The position numbers were made by a program, and so were the translations under genes. A stretch of 64,000 bases of DNA from Ekhidna sp. (GTDB taxonomy: Bacteria > Bacteroidota > Bacteroidia > Cytophagales > Cyclobacteriaceae), in the NCBI RefSeq assembly GCF_964218185.1, contig NZ_CAXPLV010000012.1, positions 9,034 to 73,033 of the forward strand. Direction: 5' to 3'. Numbering within the stretch: position 1 is the stretch's first letter; every line of letters starts with the position of its first letter. The notes beneath the pieces were generated by a model. It ran no database searches, was not told the origin of the DNA, and saw only the letters and a program-made list of their open reading frames with translations. Shown here piece by piece: positions 37,480 to 48,593 of the stretch.

Positions 37480-40400
37480 ATGTCGTTTCCGAATTCTAGA
37501 TTTTCTTTCTGTTTAACCTTGGTTATGCTTGCCCTCAATGGGCTGGCGCAAGATGTTGTTGAACTTGTGGCACCCTCAACTGAAGATCAGGTGATATGCG
37601 GTGCTGGCTATGTCACCTTAACTGCAACAAGCTCTATCAGCAATCCAAATCTTGAATTTGAATGGTTCACAGCGACGAATGGGACTCAGCCAGTATTCCT
37701 GGGCTCTTTAGATGGATCGACCGGAAGGTCCCAGTTTATTACCTCTTTTCTTGTAGCTGATAGGAGGTATGCGGTTAGGGTTAGGATAGGTAATTCTGTG
37801 AGCCCATACGTTTATGTTCAAGCTGAAATTTTGAATGAAGCTGTGGTTGTTCAGCGACCTGAGATACAATTGTGTGGGGAGGCATACCTTGAGGCAGAAA
37901 CTGATATGGATTCTATAGCGTCATACCAATGGCAAATTTTGGTGCCTGATGAGTTTGGCGAATCTTTTTTTCAATCACTGTCTACTGAGTCTGCTGACTC
38001 TAGCATCCTGATAGCTGTTGAAGCGGGTTTCTACAGAGTAGTGGTTACTGATTCCGTAGGTTGCAGTGCTATTTCCAGAGAGATGGAGGTTACCAGTGAT
38101 CCAGTCGTCGAATTTATCTCCTCAACTTTTACATGTTATGACCCTTTGATCCCCGGTGATGATCTTGTTACCTTGGAGAGCAATGGAAGGGCATTCACGG
38201 AGTATCAATGGGAAGAATCATTGGACAGTGTTACTTTCACACCAGTTGGCAACACCAAAAGTATAGATGTTTCTAAGCCCACAGCACAACTGTATGATAC
38301 TGCATATTACCGACTGACTATCACCGAACAGAACTGCTCAAACGATACGACTATTGCCGTTTACTGGAGGCCCTATCCTGAGGGAGAGATTAGCCATTTG
38401 AATCCTGCAATTGGGACCGATGACTTCTTTTACTGCGGAGCAGATGCAGAACCAACCAGAACCTTGCAGTTTTCTTCGACCTATTCCAACTTGAAAGTTG
38501 AGTGGATGAGTATAAATTATTCGGAGTTTTTCACACTTGATGCTTTTAAATCTTTCTCTGGTGAAGATGGAGTTAGTGATTACTTCCAAGCAAAGGCTAT
38601 GTTAGGTGCGGGGATAAGTGAAAGGATCATAGGAGATGGTGATGAGGTAGTTTTAAATCAAAATGATGGGAATCCATTCCAAATTGATGGAGGATTGCTA
38701 TTTGCTACAATCACCGACACGATTGCAGGGTGTATTGGTTACTCAAATGCCATCTTTGCTGATGCACCTTTTCCGTTTCCTTTGATTGGGAATAAACTAG
38801 CCTACGATTATCCAGCAGGTGTCAATTATGTGCCTGCATGTACTGGGGATGAGCTGACATTCACTTCCTATGATAATACTGCCGATAGTTATGCTTGGCT
38901 TGAGTACGATGAGGTTTCGGATACGTACACAGAGGTCGATAGTGATGCTACTTTTAGCATTACAGTAGATGAAAATTTTAGTGGAGGTGTTTATTATTTG
39001 GAGGTCACGAAAAATGGCTGTACCGGCTTGTCCGAGGAATTCGTGGTAGCCTCAGCAGACCCTCCATCCGTTGGGATTACCAATGTAGAAGACAATGAGG
39101 CGCTAGCTTGTAATGACATCCCAAGTGTTCTATTGTATGGGGAAGGAAGTGATGATGTATTAGAATATCAGTGGTACTACAGCATTGATGATGTTACCTA
39201 CGTGCCAGCACCCGGGGATAGTACGAACTCTTTCTATCAGGCCACACTAGATGGCTATTACACACTTTCGGCTTCCAATGCATTTTGTTCGGCGGAAACA
39301 AGTCCGGTATATGTAGAAATACCAGACTCATCTGATCCGGATTTTGTTGAGGCTGGAATCGAAGGAGCGTTTGAGTATTGCGAAGGAGACATAATCGAAA
39401 TTAGCAGCGACTATGAGAGGTCTTCAAGTACAGCCTACTTTTGGTACTACTCATTTTTCCTTTTGGATGAAGAAGATGTTACAATCGAGCTAGTCGAGTT
39501 AGGTGGATCATCCAGTCCGGACTTAACTATTGATACCCGAGCTATCGGAACTGACCTGACCGAACCCTTGATACTTTATTTTTATTCATTGGTGCTTGAT
39601 GGAGAGTGTATAGTAGGAAGTGCCAATACACCATTTGCTGTTCGTATTAATCCCAACCCTATCATCGAACTACAATTTGCCGACATGCCATCCTCATCGG
39701 AAATGTTCTTTTGTGGTGATGGTGATATTAGCGTGGATGTCGATGTTACTAACCTCTCTGTAGTAGACTTCAATGATCTTTCATTTACATGGAGGAGATA
39801 CAACCCATCTGAAGGCATTTATGATTCTTTAGCAGGAGCTACCAGTTCTAGTTATACCATTTCCCAACCTGGTAGATACCAATGTATTGCAAGCACAGCA
39901 GACAATACATGCTTTTCAATCAGTAATGACCTTGATGTTTTAACATTACCAACCCAAATAGCAGGTGAGACTTTATACTGTTTTGGGAATGATATTTTTT
40001 TACAAGTAAATCAGGGGCTGCTACCAGACCTCAGTGTATTTGATTTTCAATGGTATTACAGCGGAGATAGCACTGATTTCGAGCCGATATCGGGTGAAAC
40101 GGATCCTGAATTATTGATAGGTGTTGAGGAATCACTTTATGGGCCAGGATTTTTCTATTTTGAAGTAAGCTATGATGGATGTGTTGATGTGTCAGAAGTA
40201 CTTGAAGTAATCGAAAATCAAAATTCATTCACTTCGTCGCTTGAGGTTGGCACTACTCAAACAAAAGGAATTCCATTTGAAGCATCGGTGATATTGGATG
40301 AGGTTGAGGATGGCGTAACATTCATGTGGGAGCCTGCTGAATTTATAAGCTTCGAAAATAACAGTAAGGCAGTATTCAAGCTTCCGGAAAATTATCAGTC

Positions 40401-40755
40401 TGATAGTATTACCATTCGTGTATCAGTGATTTCGGAAAATGGGTGCGATGTAAATCACAGCGTGGTGGTATCACTTGAAGAGATTTCAGAAATCACCTTT
40501 TCAAAGTTTATTTCACCTAATGGGGACGGACTCAATGATTACTTTGAAATAAGAGGGCTAAACAGTCAACTTGAAAATGAGCTGCAGGTGATAGATGCCT
40601 GGGGAAATAAACTCTTCTCATTTAAAAATTATTTCAATCAAGCTCAAGAGTCAGAGCGCTTAATAAACAGCCTAAAAGGGGAGGGAGTTTACTATTATTT
40701 GTTTAAAGTAGATGGCGAAGTTATGAAGGGTAGTTTTTATTTTAAGAATAAGTGA
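37480..40755 (+). CDS. Ig-like repeat protein with T9SS type B (gliding-motility-associated) C-terminal domain
   Basis: Repeated YQW/YTLxA Ig-like units with Cys pairs; C-terminal ISPNGDGLNDYFEIRG...DAWGN...GVYYY. Confidence 0.88.
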   Translation: MSFPNSRFSFCLTLVMLALNGLAQDVVELVAPSTEDQVICGAGYVTLTATSSISNPNLEFEWFTATNGTQPVFLGSLDGSTGRSQFITSFLVADRRYAVRVRIGNSVSPYVYVQAEILNEAVVVQRPEIQLCGEAYLEAETDMDSIASYQWQILVPDEFGESFFQSLSTESADSSILIAVEAGFYRVVVTDSVGCSAISREMEVTSDPVVEFISSTFTCYDPLIPGDDLVTLESNGRAFTEYQWEESLDSVTFTPVGNTKSIDVSKPTAQLYDTAYYRLTITEQNCSNDTTIAVYWRPYPEGEISHLNPAIGTDDFFYCGADAEPTRTLQFSSTYSNLKVEWMSINYSEFFTLDAFKSFSGEDGVSDYFQAKAMLGAGISERIIGDGDEVVLNQNDGNPFQIDGGLLFATITDTIAGCIGYSNAIFADAPFPFPLIGNKLAYDYPAGVNYVPACTGDELTFTSYDNTADSYAWLEYDEVSDTYTEVDSDATFSITVDENFSGGVYYLEVTKNGCTGLSEEFVVASADPPSVGITNVEDNEALACNDIPSVLLYGEGSDDVLEYQWYYSIDDVTYVPAPGDSTNSFYQATLDGYYTLSASNAFCSAETSPVYVEIPDSSDPDFVEAGIEGAFEYCEGDIIEISSDYERSSSTAYFWYYSFFLLDEEDVTIELVELGGSSSPDLTIDTRAIGTDLTEPLILYFYSLVLDGECIVGSANTPFAVRINPNPIIELQFADMPSSSEMFFCGDGDISVDVDVTNLSVVDFNDLSFTWRRYNPSEGIYDSLAGATSSSYTISQPGRYQCIASTADNTCFSISNDLDVLTLPTQIAGETLYCFGNDIFLQVNQGLLPDLSVFDFQWYYSGDSTDFEPISGETDPELLIGVEESLYGPGFFYFEVSYDGCVDVSEVLEVIENQNSFTSSLEVGTTQTKGIPFEASVILDEVEDGVTFMWEPAEFISFENNSKAVFKLPENYQSDSITIRVSVISENGCDVNHSVVVSLEEISEITFSKFISPNGDGLNDYFEIRGLNSQLENELQVIDAWGNKLFSFKNYFNQAQESERLINSLKGEGVYYYLFKVDGEVMKGSFYFKNK

Positions 40756-42197
40756 ATAAACGATTTTACATAACTCTTGCATCGATCAGCATATGCTTAC
40801 TTGGGCATGTTCAAGGTCAGCAAACCACGCTAATTGGTCATCAGGATCTAATCGGTTACTTCAACCCAGCACTTAATGGTGGCTCAAATGGACAAGTTAG
40901 TTATCTATACAGATATCAATGGGAAGGACTAGGTCCATCTTCCAATACCCTGTTTTTCAAATACCCGCTTATGAGCAACGGGAAAGTATGGTCACCTCAT
41001 GCCATTGGTTCCGTTTTTCAATACGAAGACTTTAATCTAGCCAATCGGGCGAAGCTGGAATTCTTTGCTTCAAGTACACTTGCTGAGTTTAAGCAAATCA
41101 GGGTCGGTTTGGGGTTAAATACTGGCCTAAATTATAATGGTATAAATACAGATGGTTTCAATGTAGAAGAGCTCGTAGATCCTGAATTAGCAGGTGTAGA
41201 CCGGAGGCTTTCAATTGCCAATAAACTTGGGCTTTCGATACACCATCGACTTGTTGATTTTGGATTAGCTGCAAGATTGCTGAATACCACTTCTATTACA
41301 GATTATCATTCTTCCTTTTCATTTAATGTTCCATTGAAAAGGCAGAAGTATAGACTTAATCCCATAGTTGTGCTGAGAATGACAGAGAATTTTGAACATC
41401 AACTGGAAGGTCAGCTCAAAGCATCTTATGACCAAACGATAAGCGCTACGGTGGGCTACCGGCAAAACTTTGGAGCCATATTTCAGCTCGCATTCCGCCT
41501 AAATAATTCATCTAAAATATCTTATGGGATTGAAGCACCCGGCAATGACGCTTCATCCTTAGGTCTCACTCATGAGCTATTTGGTTCATACTATTTTGAA
41601 TCTCCGGCGATGGTTCAGCACAGAAAGGACAGCATTATAAAGGTTAGGAGGGATTCCATCAATAGGGCACGTGTGGAGCGATATAGACAACTTCAAGTGG
41701 AGGAAAAAGCAAAGAAGGATTCTTTAGCTAATCAAAGCGTTGTAGAGGTATCTGAACCGGATACTGTTCTAACGGAGGAGGAACCGATTATCGCCGAAGA
41801 AGAGGGAGGTATTTATTCTTCACTGGATGACCTAGCGGGGAATGTTTCAGACAACACGCACATTATTTTGGATCATATTGGCTTTGAACCGGGACTCTAT
41901 TTGCTCACTCCTGATTCTTATACTGAATTAGACAAACTTTACAACTATATCAGACATCACAAGACCTTGCATATCGAGATTCAGGGTCACACAGATAACT
42001 CAGGATCTCCTGAAACCAATCTTGATCTTTCAAGATATCGCGCACTCACGGTGTTCAATTACCTGTTGAGTAGGGGAATTGATCCTGCTCGAATGAATGT
42101 CGTTGGATATGGTGAAAACCTGCCGCTCTACCCGAACGATACAAAGGAAAACCGTGAGCTTAATAGGCGAATCGAGATTGTGTTTATTAAGAAATAG
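40752..42197 (+). CDS. PorP/SprF family membrane protein fused to a C-terminal OmpA peptidoglycan-binding domain
   Basis: YFNPALNG..YRYQWEG and THE motifs of PorP/SprF in the N-terminal ~290 aa; IEIQGHTDN..NLDLSRYRA...NRRIEI OmpA_C domain at the end. Confidence 0.85.
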   Translation: MNKRFYITLASISICLLGHVQGQQTTLIGHQDLIGYFNPALNGGSNGQVSYLYRYQWEGLGPSSNTLFFKYPLMSNGKVWSPHAIGSVFQYEDFNLANRAKLEFFASSTLAEFKQIRVGLGLNTGLNYNGINTDGFNVEELVDPELAGVDRRLSIANKLGLSIHHRLVDFGLAARLLNTTSITDYHSSFSFNVPLKRQKYRLNPIVVLRMTENFEHQLEGQLKASYDQTISATVGYRQNFGAIFQLAFRLNNSSKISYGIEAPGNDASSLGLTHELFGSYYFESPAMVQHRKDSIIKVRRDSINRARVERYRQLQVEEKAKKDSLANQSVVEVSEPDTVLTEEEPIIAEEEGGIYSSLDDLAGNVSDNTHIILDHIGFEPGLYLLTPDSYTELDKLYNYIRHHKTLHIEIQGHTDNSGSPETNLDLSRYRALTVFNYLLSRGIDPARMNVVGYGENLPLYPNDTKENRELNRRIEIVFIKK

Positions 42198-42212
42198 AAG
42201 GATTCAGGTCAA

Positions 42213-42866
42213 TCAAAAACTCATCTTTAAAAAGAAGTTAGCTGCTGGAATGGTCTTGTCAAATGAACGACCGTAACCGGGAATAGCATAAACATCGATC
42301 GGGTCTTGCTCGTCATAGTCAGCCAAAATTCGCAGGCGTAGGTTCATTCCTATGCTGAATAGATCTGAAAGTTTTCTATCTGAGTAGACCACCACTTCGT
42401 ACCAGGTAGCTTTTAAATTGTCTCGCCTAATATTTTGAATGAAATCATCTTGCGAGCCTGATGGACTCTCAATGAAAATCCTGCCGGTCTCATTAAATGT
42501 AGAAGCGGCATATCTCAGTGTAATGCCTATTTTATTTTTTGGCAGAAACTGACTGTAATAGCCGCCACCAATTCGGTAATAAAAACCTTCACTTTCGTAG
42601 GTGCCGTTTGAGTAGGCTCCTTCCGGAGTTAGGGTTGCCTGGCCAGCCTCAATGATCAACGGGAATTTTTCTTTGAATAATAACTCGATACCACCTTCAT
42701 ATTTGGTTTCAAAATTTGTAGCAATCGTCAAAAGCTTTCCATAATCCATATAGATAGAAGGAGTGACAGGGCGGGTGTACGTCACCGAATCAGCTCCACT
42801 TCCTTGCGAAAAGCAAATGCCTGAAAGGATGAGACTAAAAATAAAAAGTAAACGATGCTTCGCCAT
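42213..42866 (-). CDS. DUF6048-like outer membrane beta-barrel protein
   Basis: Signal peptide, G.Y.RIG and IPGYG motifs, C-terminal Phe; paired with a lipoprotein as commonly seen in Bacteroidota. Confidence 0.6.
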   Translation of the reverse strand: MAKHRLLFIFSLILSGICFSQGSGADSVTYTRPVTPSIYMDYGKLLTIATNFETKYEGGIELLFKEKFPLIIEAGQATLTPEGAYSNGTYESEGFYYRIGGGYYSQFLPKNKIGITLRYAASTFNETGRIFIESPSGSQDDFIQNIRRDNLKATWYEVVVYSDRKLSDLFSIGMNLRLRILADYDEQDPIDVYAIPGYGRSFDKTIPAANFFLKMSF

Positions 42867-43551
42867 CTACGCAGTTTTCTTCACAATTATCAAACGAGTC
42901 AAAGGTACTTGAGACTACCTGTATATTTTCTGCCCGGATTATTACATTTCGTTCTTCATCCACCTCCTGAGTATTGTCATAGCTAAACTCTATGGTTCGG
43001 GCAATGCCGGCAATCACTACTTCATAGGTGTTAAACTCACCATCATAGGAAAGTGGGATGCTCCAGATCGTGGCACTGTCGATATCTTCATATGTATTGA
43101 CGAAGGTAGTGCCCAATATTTCAATTTGATCTACCTGAAGGAGTCCAGAGTTGATTGTTGATTTTGTAGTGTTAAAAACAGCGGTAAGCGAGTCTGCGTC
43201 TTGATTTAGTGTTGCATAATATGAACTATCGGTTTGTCTTTCAGGAATTAGTATCAATATTTCATCTTTCTCTGCTTGCAGAGAAGTGTTTCCTGTGTCT
43301 AAGCCAATCTGCACTTCTTCCAGCCTTGCTCTCAAAGTGTCAAGGGCATTCACATGAACAGCAAGTGCAGAATCATTGAAAGAGAAAACCATAAGGCTGT
43401 CGTCCAGGCTATTAATACTATCCTGATTAATGAAAACTAGTGAAATAGTAGGCTCATAACTCACTGTATCACAATCATCACACGGATCGCAAGAAACAAT
43501 GAGAAGGAAAAAGATGAAAATGCTAAGTAGTTGTTTCACTTGATTCTCCAC
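42835..43551 (-). CDS. DUF6452-like lipoprotein
   Basis: Lipobox LIVSC, Cys pairs (CDDC, C-terminal CEENC); upstream of the DUF6048-like gene. The start may instead be GTG 43538. Confidence 0.5.
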   Translation of the reverse strand: MENQVKQLLSIFIFFLLIVSCDPCDDCDTVSYEPTISLVFINQDSINSLDDSLMVFSFNDSALAVHVNALDTLRARLEEVQIGLDTGNTSLQAEKDEILILIPERQTDSSYYATLNQDADSLTAVFNTTKSTINSGLLQVDQIEILGTTFVNTYEDIDSATIWSIPLSYDGEFNTYEVVIAGIARTIEFSYDNTQEVDEERNVIIRAENIQVVSSTFDSFDNCEENCVDGEASFTFYF

Positions 43552-46013
43552 TAAATCGGGTCTACGTCAAATACCACGCCAGCACTTTTAAATGCCGGCA
43601 TCTGTTTCATCATTTGCTCCACAGATCGGAGGTAGTCTTTTACAGCCGGCAAGTTAATGCCTTGCTTCTCAATTTTCAATGTGATTTCATGCAAGTACAT
43701 GTTTCTGATCTTCCCAATAAGAGGTTCTACAGGACCAATCATACGCTGATTACCAAGATTCTTTCGAATGTCTGCTGCGAAGAAATTGGCAGCCTGAAAG
43801 GAGATCGTTTTTTCTCGGTGCTTAAAAGTAATATTGATCAACCGGGTGAAAGGTGGATAATAAAACTGCTCACGTTCCATAATCTCCCATTGAAAAAATG
43901 CCTTGTAGTTGTCATTTCTTGCCCGTTGTAGCAGTTCTTGATCAGGGTCGTTGGTTTGTACGACGACTTTTCCATTCTTAGATTTCCTACCCGCTCTGCC
44001 ACTGACCTGAGTAATAAGGTGGTAGGCTCGTTCGTGTGATCTGAAATCTGGGAAGTGGATCATCCGATCAGTATCGAAAATGCCGACCAGATTCACCCGA
44101 TCAAAATCCAGCCCTTTGCTCACCATCTGCGTTCCAACAAGAATATCGATGTTACCTTCCTCGAACTCCTCAATAATACGTTGGTAACCGTACTTACTTC
44201 TGGTTGTGTCCAAATCCATTCGCTGTACGATGGCTTGAGGGAATAGTAGCTTGATTTCTTCTTCCAACTCCTCTGTGCCATAACCTACATTGCGCAGCTC
44301 TTTGCTCCCACAACTCAGGCAGTCACTGTACATGCTCTGATTGTATCCGCAGTAGTGGCACACAAGCTTGTTGTTGTATTGATGGTAAGTAAGGCTGACG
44401 GCACAGTTAGGGCATTTTGGGATGGTACTGCAATTGTCGCAGGTGATATAAGAGGCATACCCTCGTCTGTTTTGGAAGAGGATGACCTGCTCTTCTTTGT
44501 CAAGTGATTCCTGAATAGCCTCGACCAAAACAGAAGTGAAATTACCTTTTAATTTTTTCTGCTTTCGCTCCCGCTGTACATTGGCAAACTCCATTTTAGG
44601 GTTGTAAGCTTCTCCATACCTGCTTGTCAACTCTACCAGGCCATACTTTCTATCCAGCGCATTTTGATAGGTTTCTAATGAAGGAGTGGCAGTCCCCAGG
44701 AGAACCTTTGCTTTATGGATGGTGGCCAGATAAATAGCTGAGTCACGGGCATGGTATCGAGGAGCAGGTTCAAACTGTTTGTAGGATGGTTCATGTTCCT
44801 CGTCAACAATGATCAGTCCTAAATCAGAGAAGGGTAGGAAGACAGCACTACGCACACCAACAACGAACTGATATTCCTTATTCAGCACCTTTTGCCACAC
44901 CTCGACACGTTCATTGTCTGAATAGCGTGAGTGATACACACCGAAAGAATCTCCGAAAATTCTGTGAAGCCGAGCAATGATCTGGGTGGTGAGAGCAATC
45001 TCCGGAAGGAGATAAAGCACTTGCTTTCCAGAATTGATTTGCTCTTTGATGAGTTCAATGAAAATCTCTGTCTTACCACTGCCGGTTATTCCGTGAAGAA
45101 GTACGGCATTGTGATCTTCGAAAGATTGGAGTATTTGCTTTTTGCAGTGCTGCTGAACCTGACTCAATGTGATTTCTGCATTAGCTCGTTGATCACCAGA
45201 TGGTAGTCTCGAAACTATTTCTTCCCATTCTATCAAGACCTGATTTTTGATCAGTGTCTTCAAGGAGGACGGACTCAAATTCTCACTTAATAGCTTTGAT
45301 TTAAGAATACCTGTTTTATTAGTATCGGGATTGTCTAAAACCGGAACCTCCCTCAGATAGGCAAGGATCACATCCTGCTGCTTGGTTTTTGACTCAAGTT
45401 CATTGAGCAAACCTTCTAGCATGCCTTCATCCATGAATGTGTCAGCAATGCGTATTCGCTTTACCTTTTTAGGCTGATACTTGTCTTTGACTTTTTCAAA
45501 AAGATCAATCAATCCCTTTTCGGATAGCTGTTTAAGTACCCGCTGAGGTTGTTTGAGATTAAGAACCTCGCTTACATCCTTCATGGTGAGGTCGTTTGTC
45601 TTGAGCGCTCTCAATAGTTCCCACTCACGATCTGTTACATCCACATCTAGCGGATTGATGTCCGGCTTTATTCCTACAAAAGATTCACTCGAAAGTTTCA
45701 GAGCTGCCGGAAGCGCAGCATTGATTACTTCACCTAAAGTACACATGTAGTAGCGGGCCATCCATTGAAAGAAAACGAGCTGACTTTTATTCACAACCGG
45801 TTGGTCATCCAGGACATCCAGCAGCTCTTTGGGCTGATAGTCAGATGGTGATTCAGAGTGAAGTTTGAGTACAATCCCTGTATATATTTTCTTCTTGCCG
45901 AAAGAAACAACTACCCTCGATCCAGCCTGAACTGTTGATTGAAACTCACTGGGTATTCGATAGGTGAAGGTACCAGCGAGAGGGAGGGGCAGGATGATTT
46001 CGGCGTAATTCAA
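43551..46013 (-). CDS. priA: Primosomal protein N' (replication restart helicase)
   Basis: LHGITGSGKTE, VDEEHE, QNRRGYA, CxxC zinc motifs and QVSGRAGR; TTG start. Confidence 0.97.
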   Translation of the reverse strand: MNYAEIILPLPLAGTFTYRIPSEFQSTVQAGSRVVVSFGKKKIYTGIVLKLHSESPSDYQPKELLDVLDDQPVVNKSQLVFFQWMARYYMCTLGEVINAALPAALKLSSESFVGIKPDINPLDVDVTDREWELLRALKTNDLTMKDVSEVLNLKQPQRVLKQLSEKGLIDLFEKVKDKYQPKKVKRIRIADTFMDEGMLEGLLNELESKTKQQDVILAYLREVPVLDNPDTNKTGILKSKLLSENLSPSSLKTLIKNQVLIEWEEIVSRLPSGDQRANAEITLSQVQQHCKKQILQSFEDHNAVLLHGITGSGKTEIFIELIKEQINSGKQVLYLLPEIALTTQIIARLHRIFGDSFGVYHSRYSDNERVEVWQKVLNKEYQFVVGVRSAVFLPFSDLGLIIVDEEHEPSYKQFEPAPRYHARDSAIYLATIHKAKVLLGTATPSLETYQNALDRKYGLVELTSRYGEAYNPKMEFANVQRERKQKKLKGNFTSVLVEAIQESLDKEEQVILFQNRRGYASYITCDNCSTIPKCPNCAVSLTYHQYNNKLVCHYCGYNQSMYSDCLSCGSKELRNVGYGTEELEEEIKLLFPQAIVQRMDLDTTRSKYGYQRIIEEFEEGNIDILVGTQMVSKGLDFDRVNLVGIFDTDRMIHFPDFRSHERAYHLITQVSGRAGRKSKNGKVVVQTNDPDQELLQRARNDNYKAFFQWEIMEREQFYYPPFTRLINITFKHREKTISFQAANFFAADIRKNLGNQRMIGPVEPLIGKIRNMYLHEITLKIEKQGINLPAVKDYLRSVEQMMKQMPAFKSAGVVFDVDPI

Positions 46014-46294
46014 GGCTCAAGCTGATGTTTTAAAATGCTGAAAACAACTACTTTTCTCTCCTGAATTTCATAGACAATAGTAAATCCTTTATGGATTAAA
46101 TCTCTAATGTTTTCATTGTTAAAATAGACTGATTGCCTGTTTCTCAAAGGCATTTCTTGAAGAGATTTTATTTTGAGAAGAATCTCTTTTCGAATTTTTC
46201 TTGCAACGTTAGGCCTATCTTGTTTTATCTGATCAATAATGATTAAAAGCTTACTCGTAAAAGCCTCAGTAACTTCTACTTTGTACTTAATCAT
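46010..46294 (-). CDS. Type II toxin, RelE/ParE family
   Basis: 94 aa basic protein with RelE/ParE-type pattern (ARKI...IKSL..MP...IRDLI.KGFTIVYEI...V.V..I); overlaps the upstream small acidic ORF. Confidence 0.75.
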   Translation of the reverse strand: MIKYKVEVTEAFTSKLLIIIDQIKQDRPNVARKIRKEILLKIKSLQEMPLRNRQSVYFNNENIRDLIHKGFTIVYEIQERKVVVFSILKHQLEP

Positions 46295-46505
46295 CAGTCA
46301 TTAAACGTCTTTCAAATTCCTCGAAATTCAGATAAGGTTCTTTACTCTCCTTCATCAACTTGTAGTCCTCATGTACTACTTTCTGATTAGATATAAACTC
46401 ATCGTCTTCGTTGATAATGGTCAGGTCATCACCTTTTAATGTTTGTAGAGACTTAATTAACCTTTCGTATATTTTATCGCTTACTTGTAGTCTGATCGTA
46501 TGCAT
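46287..46505 (-). CDS. Putative antitoxin
   Basis: 72 aa, upstream of and overlapping the toxin by 8 nt, with an acidic C-terminus (LNFEEFERRL). Confidence 0.65.
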   Translation of the reverse strand: MHTIRLQVSDKIYERLIKSLQTLKGDDLTIINEDDEFISNQKVVHEDYKLMKESKEPYLNFEEFERRLMTDD

Positions 46506-46517
46506 CTTCCCTCTAAA

Positions 46518-48593
46518 TTAATTGATTTGCTCCAAAGCTTCCTCAACAGTTGTTACGGGTCGTTTGCATGATTTGTTAAAGCAAACGTAGATAGTGGTCT
46601 CACCATTTACTGCAGTTTTACCTTCAAATGGAGCCTTATCTGTTGGCTCTTTGGTACCGGATATTATCTTGTTGGGGATGAACTTTTGGTTGAGTTCATT
46701 GACAAATTGACCAGCCTTAGGTCCTACAACAATCACCTCCGCAAAGTTCTCAGAAAGTTCCATGGCCAGTTCACCCCAGTTACTCATATACTCCGGTTCC
46801 TGAATGATGAGCTCACGAACTTGTGCCAAAATGGACTTCCCTTTATTGATGAGTTCCTCATCATAGAAGTGAGTACCCAAATGAATCAGGTTCCAGGCCA
46901 TGATCGAATTAGATGAAGGGATCACATTGTCAAAAAGCTCCTTCTTTCTGGCAATCAAATCAGCACTTGCTTCACTTGAGAAATAGTACAGATTTTCACT
47001 TTCATCATAAAATGCTGCTTCAGTTCTATTCATCAATTCCTGAGCTAATTCTAAGTAGTCTCGATCCAGGGTAGTTTCATAATATTTAATGAATCCCTGA
47101 ATGACCGCTGCATAGTCTTCCATAAAGCCTTCCATTTGCTTGTCAGGAAATCTTCTCAATACCACATCCTTTACCAGATGGTTTTTAATAAATTCAGCAT
47201 TGATACTGGCTAAATCAAGAATAGAAGAATCTTGCAGGGCTTGATACGCTTCAGCTAAACCTGATAGTGAAAGTCCATTCCATCCGGCAATTAATTTATG
47301 GTCCAATCCCGGACGAATTCTATTTTCTCTTGTTTCTAATGCATTCTTTTTAAAAACTAAGATTTTATTGCTGAAAGCTTCCTTGCTTAGACTGTATTTC
47401 TCTGCAATAGCAGCTTCATCATTCACCACTCTCAATGAATTCTTTCCCTCCCAATTACCTTGCGGTTGCACATCGTAATACTCGGCGATCATATTAAAGT
47501 CATCACCAGCTAATTCTTCAATTTCTTCAGCTGTCCACACGTAAAACTTTCCTTCCTCACCTTCACTATCCGCATCCAGGGCTGAGTAGAACCCTCCAGA
47601 CTCATCAAGCATTTCTCGTTTCAACCATCCCACCGTTTCAAGTATTGTTCGTTTGAATTTCGGGTTTTGAGTGAGTTTGTAGCCATTGGCATAGAGACTC
47701 AGTAGCTGTCCATTATCATACAGCATTTTCTCAAAGTGGGGGACATGCCATTCTTCATCGGTACTGTACCTAGCAAAACCACCACCTATGTGATCATAGA
47801 TACCTCCATCGGCAATTTTCTCAAGCGTGAATTCAAGGTGCTTAAAAGCATCTTTGTTTTGAGTTCGGTGATAGTAGGAAGCAAGAAACTGCCAAACAGA
47901 AGGCATTGGAAATTTTGGTGATTTTTTAATTCCTCCATCCACAAGATCAAACTTCCCTGCCAGCCTTTGGTAAGCCGCCTCAATATCTTCTGATGATAGG
48001 TTGTGATCAGTTCCTTCAAGTTTATATTTTTCTGATTCTTTGGCCTGAAGGCTTTTTGTGAAAGCCTCTGCCGACTCATTGATTTTATCCCGGTTGGTCT
48101 CGAAAGCCTGGTTGATACTGGTTAGTAAGTTTTTCCAACCCTCTTTTGGGAAGTAGGTGCCTCCATAGAATGGCTTTTGGTCTGGGGTTAGGAAAACATT
48201 GAGTGGCCACCCGCCATTGAGCCCCATCGCTTGTACGGCATCCATATATACCTGATCTACATCGGGTCGTTCTTCACGATCTACCTTGATATTGATGAAA
48301 TGCTCATTCATAATTTTGGCTACCGCAGTGTCTTCGAAGGACTCTTTTTCCATTACATGACACCAGTGACAGCTGGAGTACCCAATGCTCACCAGGATGG
48401 GTTTGTCCTCTTTTTTTGCCTGACTCAAGGCTTCCTCACCCCATTCTTGCCAGTTAACAGGATTGTGCGCATGCTGTAGGAGGTATGGGCTTGTGGAGTT
48501 GATGAGATCGTTGGTGTATGTATGCATTTCATTTTGGCTTTTTGGTTGGCAAGCTGTCGCAGCGATGAAAAAGAAAAGAATGTATTTTTTCAT
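46518..48593 (-). CDS. Thioredoxin-domain protein, YyaL/SSP411 (DUF255) family, lipoprotein
   Basis: [48 protein letters not shown] and [10 protein letters not shown]. Confidence 0.93.
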   Translation of the reverse strand: MKKYILFFFIAATACQPKSQNEMHTYTNDLINSTSPYLLQHAHNPVNWQEWGEEALSQAKKEDKPILVSIGYSSCHWCHVMEKESFEDTAVAKIMNEHFINIKVDREERPDVDQVYMDAVQAMGLNGGWPLNVFLTPDQKPFYGGTYFPKEGWKNLLTSINQAFETNRDKINESAEAFTKSLQAKESEKYKLEGTDHNLSSEDIEAAYQRLAGKFDLVDGGIKKSPKFPMPSVWQFLASYYHRTQNKDAFKHLEFTLEKIADGGIYDHIGGGFARYSTDEEWHVPHFEKMLYDNGQLLSLYANGYKLTQNPKFKRTILETVGWLKREMLDESGGFYSALDADSEGEEGKFYVWTAEEIEELAGDDFNMIAEYYDVQPQGNWEGKNSLRVVNDEAAIAEKYSLSKEAFSNKILVFKKNALETRENRIRPGLDHKLIAGWNGLSLSGLAEAYQALQDSSILDLASINAEFIKNHLVKDVVLRRFPDKQMEGFMEDYAAVIQGFIKYYETTLDRDYLELAQELMNRTEAAFYDESENLYYFSSEASADLIARKKELFDNVIPSSNSIMAWNLIHLGTHFYDEELINKGKSILAQVRELIIQEPEYMSNWGELAMELSENFAEVIVVGPKAGQFVNELNQKFIPNKIISGTKEPTDKAPFEGKTAVNGETTIYVCFNKSCKRPVTTVEEALEQIN

